Part shown: piece after piece, positions 41,978-52,409 of the stretch
How the letters are laid out: the number at the start of each line of letters is the position of its first letter
Numbering within the stretch: position 1 is the stretch's first letter
From: Clostridium sp. 1001271st1 H5
GTDB taxonomy: Bacteria; Bacillota; Clostridia; Lachnospirales; Lachnospiraceae
Direction of reading: 5' to 3'
Assembly: GCF_005845215.1 (NCBI RefSeq)
Contig: NZ_SPHO01000015.1
Coordinates: 57,908-121,907, forward strand
Length of the DNA stretch: 64,000 bases
Made by a program: the position numbers and the translations under genes
The notes under the pieces: model-generated
Told to the model about the DNA's origin: nothing
What the model saw: the letters and a program-made list of their open reading frames with translations, nothing else
Databases searched by the model: none

Positions 41978-42195
41978 ACAAAAAACAAAGTCCGCAGCAA
42001 TTGCGGACTTGAAAATATCTATAAATCTTCAAATCCTCTTATTGCTCGACCAAGCATGCTTTATCCTACCAGCATACTCCTCGCTCAGGCTGGCACCTTC
42101 CGGCCCTTTCGCATATCATGCCGATATACTCAACCGGGGTTGCCGTGACTTCACAGGTCCTTTGTACCTCCATCACTCTGAATAAGGGATATTTA
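41978..42195 (-). promoter_or_regulatory. SAM-I (S-box) riboswitch with terminator expression platform, leader of metK
   Basis: The minus-strand read CTTATTCAGAGTGATGGAGGTACAAAGGACCTGTGAAGTCACGGCAACC... matches the S-box consensus (CTTATCAAGAG.GG.GGAGGGA...GCAACC). GTGCCAGCCTGAGCGAGGAGTATGCTGG matches the AtggtGCCAA.tCC core. Terminator hairpin GTCCGCAATTGCTGCGGAC plus a T-run. Confidence 0.8.
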
Positions 42196-42308
42196 CGAAC
42201 TCTTTAATTGTAAAATGTGTTACCTTCCATATCTTATAGCAATTATATATATATGTCAATACTAAAATTTATCATTGCCCGTTCTGCCATTGCCTTCCCA
42301 TCCTGATT

Positions 42309-44153
42309 TTACCTTATGGAAATCCTCCCCTGGCCGGCCGGGTTCCCATACTCAGATGTCACAAAACCTCCCATCCGCCTTATATAGGAAGATAAGATAT
42401 CCACATCCACCATGACCTCATCCCGGATTACATTACATCCCCGGAACATGGTCATGCCGTCACCGCCCTGTTTCAGCATATAGTTATGGGACGCCACGGT
42501 ATATGTACCGGCCAAATCAATGGGCTCTCCCCCCACCTTGATGTCCGTTACCCTGTAAGCGCCTGACACACCGGTAAAATTCCCCTTGTCGTCTGTCCGG
42601 ACACCTGATTTAACAGATGCGTCAATGGTGTAGGTCAGACCGGACACCTGAAGGAAACCGCCGCTCTCTTCCGGATAATTCCTGGACGCCATTTCCAGTG
42701 CATCCTTAATCTGCTGTCCCGTTGCCTCGATGACGCATCCCATATTTCCATAAGGGAACACGGCCAGGGTGTCGTTATAGGTAATGTTACCCGGTTTAAT
42801 AATGCTCCGGATTCCTCCTCCGTTGCTGAGTCCGATATCAGCCCCCAGCTCCGCACGGTAGGCATCCGCTGTCAAATCCCCCAGATTGGTTTCTGCATTT
42901 CTGATCCTGCGCTGCCCTGTGGCAGGGTCATTGACCGTCAGCTCGTAAGATGTGGTGCCCAGAACAGTCTTTAATGTCTCATTGTATTGGTTCTCAATGG
43001 ACCGGATGAACCGGATGGTTCCATAATCCGCAGCCTTTCCGTCCTCATTGATAACGCTCTGGCCGGGAATCACAAGCTTAAGTCCCACAGGGATTACGTC
43101 AGCATCCTTTATCTTATCCAGGTTGCTGTTATAAATGTCAATCCAGCGGCTGTAGCTTCCCAGCTCCCTTTTTGCAATCCTGCTCAGGGAATCATGGTCC
43201 TTTACCGTATATTCACTGGCCAGGTCCGCGGCAGGCACCTTGGATACCAGCTCAGTCCGGATGGAACCGTCGGCAGATATGGTCAGCTTTCCAATATGAT
43301 TCAGCTTGGTTCCTGTCTGGGTCAGGACCACATTCTGTCCATTCTTATTCTTTATGTTCTCAGACGGTACAGTCTCATGGGAATGGCCGTCAATACATGC
43401 GTCAATTCCCGTTGTATTGGCAATCACACTGACGGATGACCACTTCCGGGTAATACCGTTTTCCCCGAGATGGCCTGCCAGAACCACATAATCAGCTCCG
43501 GCTGCCCTGGCTGCATCCGCACTGGCCTGTACCTGACTGTACAGCCTCTGTCCGCTCTCATCCTCGCAAAAGGAATACAGATAATTTCCCTGGCTGTCCT
43601 GGAAATATGCAGGCGTGGATTTTGTAAAGCTTTCCGGCGTGGTTACTCCCACAAATGCCACCTGGGTATCCCCGTATACAAACATCTTGTATGGAGCAAA
43701 CACAGGCGCTCCTGTGGCGGTATTTAAAAAATTGCAGGAATAATACCCGCAGTTTAATTTACCGGCCAGCTCCAGGAACCTGGACATTCCATAATCAAAC
43801 TCATGATTGCCCGGAACCGCAAAATCATATCCCACGTAGTTCATAATATCAATCAGATAACCGCCGTCTGAAAGCGTGCCAATGGGCGCACCCTGAATGG
43901 CATCCCCGGTATCAACCAGGGTCACATAAGGGGTCTGCTGCTGCATCTGCTTCTTGTACAGCGCCAGACCGGCATAGCCTATGTTGTCATCCACCCCGCA
44001 GTGGACATCATTGGTATACAGCACCACAATATCCCTGTCCGCTGCCAGGGCTGTCATTGGACTGCCTGTCAGAGGCAGGCCCGTCACGGCTGCTGCGGCC
44101 AGGACAATTGCAAGAAACAAACCCTGCAGCCATTTATAGCTCCTGTACTTCAT
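42309..44153 (-). CDS. Secreted bifunctional metallophosphatase/5'-nucleotidase with embedded LysM domain
   Basis: N-terminal signal peptide. Calcineurin-like motifs (DIVVLYTNDVHCG, GDAIQG, GNHEFDYG). A central LysM (YTVKDHDSLSRIAKRELGSY...). C-terminal 5'-nucleotidase domain. Confidence 0.8.
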   Translation of the reverse strand: MKYRSYKWLQGLFLAIVLAAAAVTGLPLTGSPMTALAADRDIVVLYTNDVHCGVDDNIGYAGLALYKKQMQQQTPYVTLVDTGDAIQGAPIGTLSDGGYLIDIMNYVGYDFAVPGNHEFDYGMSRFLELAGKLNCGYYSCNFLNTATGAPVFAPYKMFVYGDTQVAFVGVTTPESFTKSTPAYFQDSQGNYLYSFCEDESGQRLYSQVQASADAARAAGADYVVLAGHLGENGITRKWSSVSVIANTTGIDACIDGHSHETVPSENIKNKNGQNVVLTQTGTKLNHIGKLTISADGSIRTELVSKVPAADLASEYTVKDHDSLSRIAKRELGSYSRWIDIYNSNLDKIKDADVIPVGLKLVIPGQSVINEDGKAADYGTIRFIRSIENQYNETLKTVLGTTSYELTVNDPATGQRRIRNAETNLGDLTADAYRAELGADIGLSNGGGIRSIIKPGNITYNDTLAVFPYGNMGCVIEATGQQIKDALEMASRNYPEESGGFLQVSGLTYTIDASVKSGVRTDDKGNFTGVSGAYRVTDIKVGGEPIDLAGTYTVASHNYMLKQGGDGMTMFRGCNVIRDEVMVDVDILSSYIRRMGGFVTSEYGNPAGQGRISIR

Positions 44154-44303
44154 GATTCTCCTCCTTTTCCCCTACTCCGTCAAACCTTACACAACGTATA
44201 TCATACAGCCATCATATCACATTTCCAGTAAAAAACCATAAAAAAACAGCAGGCACGCCGCATTCGTCTCCTGCTGTTTCCTTTCCTCTGATTTACCGGA
44301 CTC

Positions 44304-45485
44304 TCATCCCCTGGCCATTTCCAGTATCTTCCGTACATCCCGGTGTGTCAGCGGTTCCAGTCCCCCGATTGTCTGGTTTCCATTCCTGAAATTTATATGG
44401 TCCAGCATGTCTTCCATATCGCAGTCCCCAATTCCGGCCTCTTTGAGGCTGACAGGCATCCTCATGGACCGGAAGAATGCCTCGGTGGCCTCTATCCCCT
44501 TATATGCAGCTTCCTCCGGGCCGTACTCCCTGGAGATTCCAAACACCTCATACCCGTATCTGGCAAACCGGTCCACATGGTTTTTATACACATACTTCAT
44601 CCATGACCCCATGATTACGCTTAAGGTAACTCCATGGGGTGTATCGTACAGAGCGCTCAGCTCATTTCCTATCTCATGAGTGGCCCAGTCCTGTATCCGG
44701 CCGATTCCAACCGTATCATTGTGGGCAATGGTTCCTATCCACATGACCTCCGCCCTGTACCGGTAGCTGTCCGGTTCCTTCATCAGGGCAGGTCCTGCCT
44801 CTGCCAGCGTCTTAAGAATTCCCTCCGCCATACGGTCAATCACCCCGATTTCATTGTCCGGAGTAAAATACCGTTCACACACATGGGAAAACATATCCGT
44901 AACAGAACAGGCCGTAACAAACGGCGGCAGGCTGGTTGTCAGCAGAGGATTCATAAAGGCCATCACAGGCCGCAGGGCCTGGGAGCTGGTCAGCAGCTTT
45001 TGCCCTGTTCCCGTATTGTTAATCACACACACATCCCCTGACTCGCTGCCCGTGGCAGGGCATGTAAGCACGACTCCCACTGGCAGGGACCTGGCCACGC
45101 GTATTCCTTTGGAGAAGAAATCCCATACGTCACCTTCGTACTGCGACCCTGCCCCGATGGCCTTGGATGAATCAATGACGCTTCCCCCTCCGATGGCCAG
45201 GATAAACTGGATTCCTTCCTGCCTGACCAGACGGATTCCCTGGTAAACCAGGTCCAGACGGGGATTTGGTTTGACGCCGGAGAGTTCCCATACCTGGATG
45301 CCGCATCGCTCCATATCCTCCTTAATATCCTTCAAAAGACCTGTATCATACAGATACGGTCCACCGTCATGGTGAATCAGCAGACGTTTTATCCCCAATT
45401 GCTTCAGTTTATCCCCAGCCCTGCGGTGTGCTTCCCGCCCAAATATAAATTCCGTATTCACACAAAAATCAAAATCCCTTATCAT
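44304..45485 (-). CDS. Iron-containing (group III) alcohol dehydrogenase
   Basis: GGGSVIDSSKAI NAD-binding motif, and His-rich metal site motifs. The protein is 393 aa. Confidence 0.85.
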   Translation of the reverse strand: MIRDFDFCVNTEFIFGREAHRRAGDKLKQLGIKRLLIHHDGGPYLYDTGLLKDIKEDMERCGIQVWELSGVKPNPRLDLVYQGIRLVRQEGIQFILAIGGGSVIDSSKAIGAGSQYEGDVWDFFSKGIRVARSLPVGVVLTCPATGSESGDVCVINNTGTGQKLLTSSQALRPVMAFMNPLLTTSLPPFVTACSVTDMFSHVCERYFTPDNEIGVIDRMAEGILKTLAEAGPALMKEPDSYRYRAEVMWIGTIAHNDTVGIGRIQDWATHEIGNELSALYDTPHGVTLSVIMGSWMKYVYKNHVDRFARYGYEVFGISREYGPEEAAYKGIEATEAFFRSMRMPVSLKEAGIGDCDMEDMLDHINFRNGNQTIGGLEPLTHRDVRKILEMARG

Positions 45486-46189
45486 ATTCCCACTGCACTC
45501 CCTTTCTCCCTTTTCCTTTCATACAGCACCTGTCCCAGAATCTCCCTGAGCTTCCATCCCGTATCCGCTGTCCAGTCCGGATGTTCCGCCAGAAGCGCCT
45601 TTGTATTTCCATCCCCGTATAAAACAGCAATCACAGGCAGACCGCAGCTTCTGGCAGCCGTTATATCGGTCCAGGTATCACCGACACAGACCGGATGCCG
45701 GGATGCAAACATTCCCCCCATGAGATACCTGTACACAGACGCCTTATTATCAGCTCCCGGTATTGAATCCAGGGAATAGGAAACCGGAATCAGCTGTTCC
45801 CATCCCTTTACCTTAAGAAGGCGCCTTAATGCCTCCCGGGGCTTTGAAGTGACCACGGTCCATGGTATGCCATGCATTTCCAGGTCATGGAATATTTCCT
45901 CCAGCCCCGGATACAGCCTTGTCTTTTCAAAGGGATTCATGGTCCTGTAATGGATTCTGACAGCGCTGCAGAATGCTTCCAGTTTTTCTATTCCGGGATA
46001 GGGCCTTACATGCCTTAGCAGCTCCTCTTCCGGGAGAGCCACATGGGACGTATCCTTCATAAAATCCCGGTCCATAATGCCCCCCACTATTTCCGAGGCA
46101 TATTCCACCGACGCCCACACATCCTCTATGGTATCTGCTATGACACCGTCAAAATCAAAAATCACACTGTCCGCTCTCTTTGTTCTCAT
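45482..46189 (-). CDS. HAD-superfamily hydrolase/phosphatase
   Basis: N-terminal FDFDGVIADT (DxDG motif I). It overlaps the ends of neighbouring genes, which fits an operon. Confidence 0.75.
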   Translation of the reverse strand: MRTKRADSVIFDFDGVIADTIEDVWASVEYASEIVGGIMDRDFMKDTSHVALPEEELLRHVRPYPGIEKLEAFCSAVRIHYRTMNPFEKTRLYPGLEEIFHDLEMHGIPWTVVTSKPREALRRLLKVKGWEQLIPVSYSLDSIPGADNKASVYRYLMGGMFASRHPVCVGDTWTDITAARSCGLPVIAVLYGDGNTKALLAEHPDWTADTGWKLREILGQVLYERKREKGSAVGI

Positions 46190-47103
46190 CTAAATTTCTC
46201 CTTTGCGGCAAAACACCATTTGCTCCAAAGCGTGCCGGCCACTACCAGTAATGCGCCAATAATGACAGGGAGCGTAATGCTGAGTCCCAGCATCCAGGCC
46301 GTTATGACCGTGGATATGATGGGAAGGAAATTGGAAGCCAGCACGACCACCAGCATATTTCCTTTTTTTATGGAAATGGTCCACAGCACATTGGCAATAC
46401 AGGACACCGCAATGGCCTGGTACAGCATTTCCCATACCAGCCTGGGCGTAAAATTCCTTGGCTCAGGAAGGAATACGGAAATACCGCCCAGTATCAGGGC
46501 AGACATAATCATGTATATTCCCACGCCGTCCACCGGCTTTTGTCCCAGGTATTTCTTTGTGAGATTGGTGTAAAAGGCCCATGACAGGGACACAATGAAC
46601 CCCATCAGATATGCCATCCAGTTTCCGCTGAGAATATCCCGTAAAAATGCCTGGGGATTGTGAATGCTTCCGCCCATTTTGGCTATGATGATACCGCACA
46701 GGCTGACCGCTACGCTGGCTGTCAGCCATGGGCTGGCTTTTTTATTCAGTATGGGAATGGTGAGAACCAGGGTGAACAGAGGCCATAAGAACCGAATCAG
46801 CACCATGGTCATGATTTCTGCCTCCGTATGAACCATCTCCATGGAGATATAGGAGGCAGCTGTGTAGATAACAAATAAACTTCCGCAGATAATCCAGTAT
46901 TTAGGAGGCGCTCCCTTATACTGCGCGGTTCCTCCGTTGGCGAGGAGCTGCTGGGCGACCACCACAGCTCCTCCGATTAAATTAACCACTGCCGCTGCCG
47001 TATAAGGACCAAGGCCGGAACTCAGATTTTTTGTAAATGCAGCGCTGGTTCCCCATATAATGATGGTTATAATCCCAAGCAGTGTATATTTATTAGACTT
47101 CAT
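46186..47103 (-). CDS. DMT-superfamily (EamA-like) transporter
   Basis: Ten predicted TM helices in two EamA-like repeats. The protein is 305 aa. Confidence 0.75.
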   Translation of the reverse strand: MKSNKYTLLGIITIIIWGTSAAFTKNLSSGLGPYTAAAVVNLIGGAVVVAQQLLANGGTAQYKGAPPKYWIICGSLFVIYTAASYISMEMVHTEAEIMTMVLIRFLWPLFTLVLTIPILNKKASPWLTASVAVSLCGIIIAKMGGSIHNPQAFLRDILSGNWMAYLMGFIVSLSWAFYTNLTKKYLGQKPVDGVGIYMIMSALILGGISVFLPEPRNFTPRLVWEMLYQAIAVSCIANVLWTISIKKGNMLVVVLASNFLPIISTVITAWMLGLSITLPVIIGALLVVAGTLWSKWCFAAKEKFR

Positions 47104-47146
47104 CTGAACACCTCATTATCCTTTTCGCAATATTTTTATGTGCTTA

Positions 47147-48127
47147 TTACGGATAACAGGCCAGTGTCCTGTTCAGAAGTTCTGTAAATCCCTGAAAATC
47201 CAATGTAAGACCAGCCTCTGCATTGGGCTGTTCCCCCCTGAAGTCCATGGTGGGTTCCCTGTGCAGGTCAATCTCAGGCTCCGGTCCCCGCAGATGCCGG
47301 TAATCGCAAACCGTCATTCCCCTTGTGAATTCCCCCTTTAACTCCACTGTTATATGCATGGGGGCACCTTTTATAAGGGTATCATCAATCAGCCACGCCA
47401 CCGCGCATGCATCATGGATATTGGCTCCGGCCAGGCTGGCATTCTTCTCAGTTGCGTCCATAAAGTACTCTACCAGCTGTGCTGCAAACACAGCGCTTCT
47501 TGTTCCTATCCGGTAAAATTCATCCACATGCTTCTGTACCAGGAAACACTGGCGTGTCAGGTTGACACCGCACATCTTTACGTGCATTCCCGAATTAAAC
47601 ACCCTGTACGCTGCCTCCGGGTCCACGAATATATTAAACTCAGCTGCCGGCGTCCAGTTGCCGTATGTGACGGAACCGCCCATGATGCTTAATTCACGGA
47701 CACGCTCCACAATTCCGGGCTCCCGGTTGATGGCTGCCGCTATATTGGTGAGGGGACCGGTGGCAATCAGGGTTACATCGTCTGTATTCATGATTGTCTC
47801 AATCATAAAATCAACTCCGTGTTTATCCTGGGCCTTAACAGACGGCTCAGGAAGCACCGGACCATCCATTCCCGTAGGTCCGTGAAACTGGGGCGCTGTC
47901 ACCAAAGGCGCTACCAGAGGACAGGAATGGCCCGGATATACCTTGATATCCTCCCGTCCAATAACCTCCAGTACCTTCAGCGCATTTTTTGTGACATTCT
48001 CCAGGCTGCAGTTTCCGCCTATGGTGGTGATTCCCAGCAGGTCCAGATGGGCCGCCGCCAGCATGATGGCAAAGGCATCATCATGACCAGGGTCACAATC
48101 CAGTATTACTTTTCTCTTATCGCTCAT
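47147..48127 (-). CDS. Inosine-uridine preferring nucleoside hydrolase family protein
   Basis: N-terminal DCDPGHDDA aspartate cluster, diagnostic of IU-nucleoside hydrolases. Start trimmed to the Met of MSDKRKVILDCDPG. Confidence 0.85.
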   Translation of the reverse strand: MSDKRKVILDCDPGHDDAFAIMLAAAHLDLLGITTIGGNCSLENVTKNALKVLEVIGREDIKVYPGHSCPLVAPLVTAPQFHGPTGMDGPVLPEPSVKAQDKHGVDFMIETIMNTDDVTLIATGPLTNIAAAINREPGIVERVRELSIMGGSVTYGNWTPAAEFNIFVDPEAAYRVFNSGMHVKMCGVNLTRQCFLVQKHVDEFYRIGTRSAVFAAQLVEYFMDATEKNASLAGANIHDACAVAWLIDDTLIKGAPMHITVELKGEFTRGMTVCDYRHLRGPEPEIDLHREPTMDFRGEQPNAEAGLTLDFQGFTELLNRTLACYP

Positions 48128-48149
48128 ATTACCTCCATCCAAAGCCGCC

Positions 48150-49139
48150 TTAACCTCTCTGTGGTTTTGGCCGCTTTTCAGCTATGAATAATTCCACATC
48201 TTCCCTGCAGGGACAGGACCTGGCGCCCTTTCGCTCCACGGTATAACCGGACACAGCATTTCCGTATTCCAGACACTGTCCCAGGCTGCCGCCTGCCAGC
48301 CTTTTTGCTATGAATCCTGCATTATACACATCCCCTGCCCCTACGGTATCCTCTACCTCTACATGAAAGGCCGGGCACCCGGTCTCTCCTTCCGTGGAAA
48401 AAGCTTTGCTTCCATTTTCTCCCATACGCGCAATCATGACATGCCCTACGGATACCAGGCCCCGCACGCTGTCCTCCCAGTCATCCCTGGGATTCAAATA
48501 ATAGAATTCCTCTTCCCCTGAGCCCAGGACATAGCTTGAATACTTCATAATTTCCATCACAGCATCCCGGTAGGACCTGTCCAGTTTACCGTCGTCCACT
48601 CTCAGGTTCAGGTCAAAGGAGGTGGGTATCCCCCTCTCGTACGCGGCCCGGAACATCTGTATGATGGAATGTCTGGCGGACGTGTCATCCACAATTGCCA
48701 TGCCGGACGAGTGAAGCCATCTGGTATCGGAAAGCCAGCCGTCACCCATGCGCCTAAGGTCGATTTCCTTAAACGCCTGGTCTGTGCGCGGCCATCCCCA
48801 CAGATACCGCTCCCCATACTCGTCTATGAAGGCAAACACACACACGGTATTCCTGTCCGGGTCTTCCATCATATACGTGGTATCCACGCCTTCCCTTTCA
48901 AAATCCCTGCGTATATACGCGCCGTACTGGTCACATCCAATGGTGCCTGCAAATCCTGTCTCGACCCCCAACCGGCTTAAGGCCACCGCCGTGTTGGCAC
49001 AGGTTCCCCCTCCTGCCATGCAGGGAGAGGGGTATTCCACCAGGGTTCTCCGTTCATTGAGAAACCTGGGGAAGGGCACAATCAAATCCACATTGGCATC
49101 GCCTGCCACCAGGACTTTAGGCACTAAGGGACGCCTCAA
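48150..49139 (-). CDS. PfkB-family carbohydrate/nucleoside kinase (ribokinase-like)
   Basis: N-terminal GG dipeptide region (AGGGTCANTAVA) and a C-terminal GAGDVYNAGF anion-hole motif. Confidence 0.8.
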   Translation of the reverse strand: MRRPLVPKVLVAGDANVDLIVPFPRFLNERRTLVEYPSPCMAGGGTCANTAVALSRLGVETGFAGTIGCDQYGAYIRRDFEREGVDTTYMMEDPDRNTVCVFAFIDEYGERYLWGWPRTDQAFKEIDLRRMGDGWLSDTRWLHSSGMAIVDDTSARHSIIQMFRAAYERGIPTSFDLNLRVDDGKLDRSYRDAVMEIMKYSSYVLGSGEEEFYYLNPRDDWEDSVRGLVSVGHVMIARMGENGSKAFSTEGETGCPAFHVEVEDTVGAGDVYNAGFIAKRLAGGSLGQCLEYGNAVSGYTVERKGARSCPCREDVELFIAEKRPKPQRG

Positions 49140-49815
49140 TGAAGGCCTTTACCTTTTCCGGGTCTTTGCAGGATTTTCCTTCCTCCACATGGTCGAAGTT
49201 GGTGAGGCTGAAGGAATCCACCCCGTAAGGCCGCGTCTCCGCAATGGCCTTTGCCACATTGGAAGCGTCCAGTCCCCCCGCTATAATGCAGGGAACGGAT
49301 GTGCTCTCAATGATAGCCCTGTCTATGCTTCTGTCGTGGGTCAGCCCTGTGGCGCCTATGTCATTGGCTGTATCTGCCTTTGTGTCGATGAGGAAGAAAT
49401 CGGAAACAGCCTCATATTGCTTTACATATTCCAACGCCTTCTGCTCCTCTAAGGGCACATTCTGGAGCACCGGGATTGCCTGCATGATTTTAAGGCCGGG
49501 AAACCGGTTTTTCAGCTCCCGTACCTGTTCCGGGCTGATTCCCTCTATATTTCCGGAAAGATGAAGCACATCCGGCAGGACCTCCTTTAAATTCTCCGTA
49601 ATCTCCTCAATGTCCTCAGCAATGGTCAAACCTATCTTAACAGCCTCAGGCTGCACTCCCTCAAAAATTTCCTTTGCCCTCTCAAGGGTCAGCTGTCCGG
49701 GGGTTCTCTTGATTTTACCGTAGGAAACCCCAATATGGTGGGCCCCCATCTCAATCACCATTCTCGCATCTTCCACGGTACGTATGCCGTAAATCTGAAT
49801 CTTAACGTCTGCCAT
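49117..49815 (-). CDS. Phosphoribosylanthranilate isomerase (TrpF)-like TIM-barrel protein
   Basis: VKIQIYGIRTVEDARMVIEMGAHHIGVSY resembles the TrpF N-terminus (KICG.T..EDA). It sits in a non-trp context. Confidence 0.55.
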   Translation of the reverse strand: MADVKIQIYGIRTVEDARMVIEMGAHHIGVSYGKIKRTPGQLTLERAKEIFEGVQPEAVKIGLTIAEDIEEITENLKEVLPDVLHLSGNIEGISPEQVRELKNRFPGLKIMQAIPVLQNVPLEEQKALEYVKQYEAVSDFFLIDTKADTANDIGATGLTHDRSIDRAIIESTSVPCIIAGGLDASNVAKAIAETRPYGVDSFSLTNFDHVEEGKSCKDPEKVKAFIEASLSA

Positions 49816-49865
49816 ATTATTTTCTCCTTCTCCCAATCATTCTGCTGCCTGCGGGAATGCAATGC

Positions 49866-50690
49866 TTATATCCCGTCCCCGGCTCCCTTTATGGATGCTT
49901 CAAGGCATTTCATAAATGCATCCACCTTAAACACAGTTTCCTTAAGCCCTGCACCCTGGGCAACCCTGGTGATGGGCGGCGGGGATACAAAGCTCTGTTT
50001 TAAAAGCTCTGTCCTGGCAAATACCTCTGCAGCAGGACCGTCAACCAGCACCTTTCCTTTGCACATGACCACCACCCGTTCAAAATTTTCCACCACGAAT
50101 TTCATGTCATGGGAAATTGTGATGCAGAGTTTTCCTCTTTCCTTTAAGGCTGTAACGATGTCCTTCAGCCGCTTGTTTCCGTCCACATCCTGGCCGCAGG
50201 TGGGCTCGTCAAATACCAGGGCCTGCGGGTCCATCATGATGATGGAAGCCACTGTACAGAATTTCTTTTCCGTAGCAGTCAGGTCAAAGGGATGCTCCTC
50301 CAGCTTATCCTCCAGACCGCACAGCCTGGCTGTCCAATCCAGCAGCTCCTTTATCCTGTCCTCGTCCATCCCAATCTGTCTGGGGCCAAATTCAAGCTCT
50401 TTCCTGACACTGTCCAAAAACAGCTGGTCGTCCGGGTTCTGGAACACATATCCCACTGTTTTGGACCATTGGGCCGTTGACCTGCTGTTGATATCCTCTC
50501 CATTGACCAGCACCTGGCCGGATGTGGGCCGGAGAATTCCGTTAAAATGCTTCACCAGCGTGGTTTTTCCGGCTCCGTTCTGTCCAATGATGGCCACGGG
50601 CTCATTTCCCTCTATCACCAGGTCGATTCCCTTTAAGGCTTCATCCCCAGTTGGATAGACGTGCTTCATTCCTTTTAATTCCAGCCTCAT
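49866..50690 (-). CDS. ECF transporter ATPase component (EcfA2)
   Basis: Walker A GQNGAGKTTL, ABC signature, and Walker B. It forms a tandem ATPase pair with the upstream gene, as in ECF modules. Confidence 0.85.
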   Translation of the reverse strand: MRLELKGMKHVYPTGDEALKGIDLVIEGNEPVAIIGQNGAGKTTLVKHFNGILRPTSGQVLVNGEDINSRSTAQWSKTVGYVFQNPDDQLFLDSVRKELEFGPRQIGMDEDRIKELLDWTARLCGLEDKLEEHPFDLTATEKKFCTVASIIMMDPQALVFDEPTCGQDVDGNKRLKDIVTALKERGKLCITISHDMKFVVENFERVVVMCKGKVLVDGPAAEVFARTELLKQSFVSPPPITRVAQGAGLKETVFKVDAFMKCLEASIKGAGDGI

Positions 50691-51541
50691 CCTGCCATCA
50701 CCTCCTTAACCAGCTGAATGGTATCTTCCTCAATAACCTTTACCGGTCCATTGTACAATCCCCTGTCCTTAAGGGCCTGTGAGACAGCCACATAATCAGG
50801 CGCTCCAATGTGGTGGGACATGATATCCGGATTTCCAAATATAGCCTCCGGCGTATCCAGGGCAATCTGCTCTCCCTGGTCCAGCACCAGAATCCGGTCC
50901 GCGCATCTGGCCACCCGTTCCATATCATGGTCTACCATAATAACGGTTACGCCGTTTTTATTCAGTTCCTTTACAATATCAAATATCTCTTCACTTCCCA
51001 GGGGGTCTAACTGGGTGGTGCACTCGTCTAACACCAGAATGCTGGGTTCCATAATAAAGGTGGAACCAAAGGCAACTCTCTGTACCTGGCCGCCGGAAAG
51101 CTCCAGCGGATTTTTGTGTATGATATGGTCAATCCGCATGAGCTTGGCCACATACTCCACCTTCTTTAACATATCCTCCCTTGGTATCCCCTTATTGCCC
51201 AGCCCGTAGGCCAGTTCCTCTGCCACGCTTCCGGCCGTGTAGGAAAGCTGGTTAAAAGGATTCTGGAACACCAACCCGATTTTGGACGACAGCTCTGCAA
51301 TGGAACTTTCCTGTGTATCCACTCCGTCCACAAAAATCTGCCCTTTCAGCTTACCTGTAAAATAGTAGGGAATCAGGCCCACCAGTGCATTGCACAGGGT
51401 GGACTTGCCTGAGCCGTTCTGCCCGATAATGCACAGGAACTCCCCTTTTTTTACCTGAAAATTAAGCCCGTTCAGCACTCTTCTTTTGGCGTCCCTGTAT
51501 TTAAACTTCAGGTCTTTTACTTCCAATACTGCTTGTTCCAT
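50687..51541 (-). CDS. ECF transporter ATPase component (EcfA1)
   Basis: Walker A GQNGSGKSTL, LSGGQVQRVAFG signature, and ILVLDECTTQLD. Confidence 0.85.
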   Translation of the reverse strand: MEQAVLEVKDLKFKYRDAKRRVLNGLNFQVKKGEFLCIIGQNGSGKSTLCNALVGLIPYYFTGKLKGQIFVDGVDTQESSIAELSSKIGLVFQNPFNQLSYTAGSVAEELAYGLGNKGIPREDMLKKVEYVAKLMRIDHIIHKNPLELSGGQVQRVAFGSTFIMEPSILVLDECTTQLDPLGSEEIFDIVKELNKNGVTVIMVDHDMERVARCADRILVLDQGEQIALDTPEAIFGNPDIMSHHIGAPDYVAVSQALKDRGLYNGPVKVIEEDTIQLVKEVMAG

Positions 51542-51562
51542 AGTGTCCTCCTAATACATACC

Positions 51563-52351
51563 TTAAATAACATGAAGCCTCATGAGAATGCTGGCTGCCA
51601 GAACCGCCATAAAAAAGAGAATCAGACAGGTCTTGCATATCCGGTCCGAGAGGGAAGTGGTCACCTCCACATAGGTGGTGGGCTTCACCCCTTTTATGCC
51701 GAATCCCCTGGTTTCCAGGGTCATGCCTCTTTCCTGGGCATCTGTAAGGGAAGACATAACCACCGGTCCCAGTAAAGGTATGTAGGCCTTCAGCCTGGCC
51801 ATCATGGTGCCTTTGGTATCCACGCCCCTGGCATTCTGCGCTTCCTGGATTACGCTCATCCTGCGCTGCATCTGAGGAACCACATTCAGGCTTGCCAGAA
51901 TCAGATATCCCACCTTAGGATTCATGCCTGATGCAGTGAGGGCAGCCACCAGCTTACCCGTGTATGTGGTGGTGGACATCAGATAAAAACTTCCCAGGAA
52001 TGTAAGGAGCGTACCCACGATTTTAAGGGCATACAGGGTTCCCTCCAGTCCCAGCTTTGCAAATCCCAAATCAGCGATAATGGTCACGTTTTTCGGACTG
52101 TACAGGCCCTGTATAAACATCAGCATCACAAAAATAGGGACAAAAAACATAAAGATAAATTTAGAGAATTTCTTTAACAGCCCTGCCAGGGCGGCCACAA
52201 CAAACAGACCGGCCACAATTATATATCCCAATATGAATCCCGGATAAATAAGGGCGCTTAATCCCAGGCAGAATATCGCATATATCTTTACCATTGGGTT
52301 CATCCTGTCAATGGGCGAATCCATTGGTATGTAATTAGATGTCTTTGCCAT
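51563..52351 (-). CDS. ECF transporter transmembrane T component (EcfT/CbiQ family)
   Basis: A 262-aa multi-TM protein with a C-terminal ARG-containing coupling motif (AQNARGVD). Confidence 0.8.
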   Translation of the reverse strand: MAKTSNYIPMDSPIDRMNPMVKIYAIFCLGLSALIYPGFILGYIIVAGLFVVAALAGLLKKFSKFIFMFFVPIFVMLMFIQGLYSPKNVTIIADLGFAKLGLEGTLYALKIVGTLLTFLGSFYLMSTTTYTGKLVAALTASGMNPKVGYLILASLNVVPQMQRRMSVIQEAQNARGVDTKGTMMARLKAYIPLLGPVVMSSLTDAQERGMTLETRGFGIKGVKPTTYVEVTTSLSDRICKTCLILFFMAVLAASILMRLHVI

Positions 52352-52409
52352 CTTTTTTCAACCCCCATAAGAGTATTTTCAGAATCATACCTTCCTGCCG
52401 CTGTCCGGA

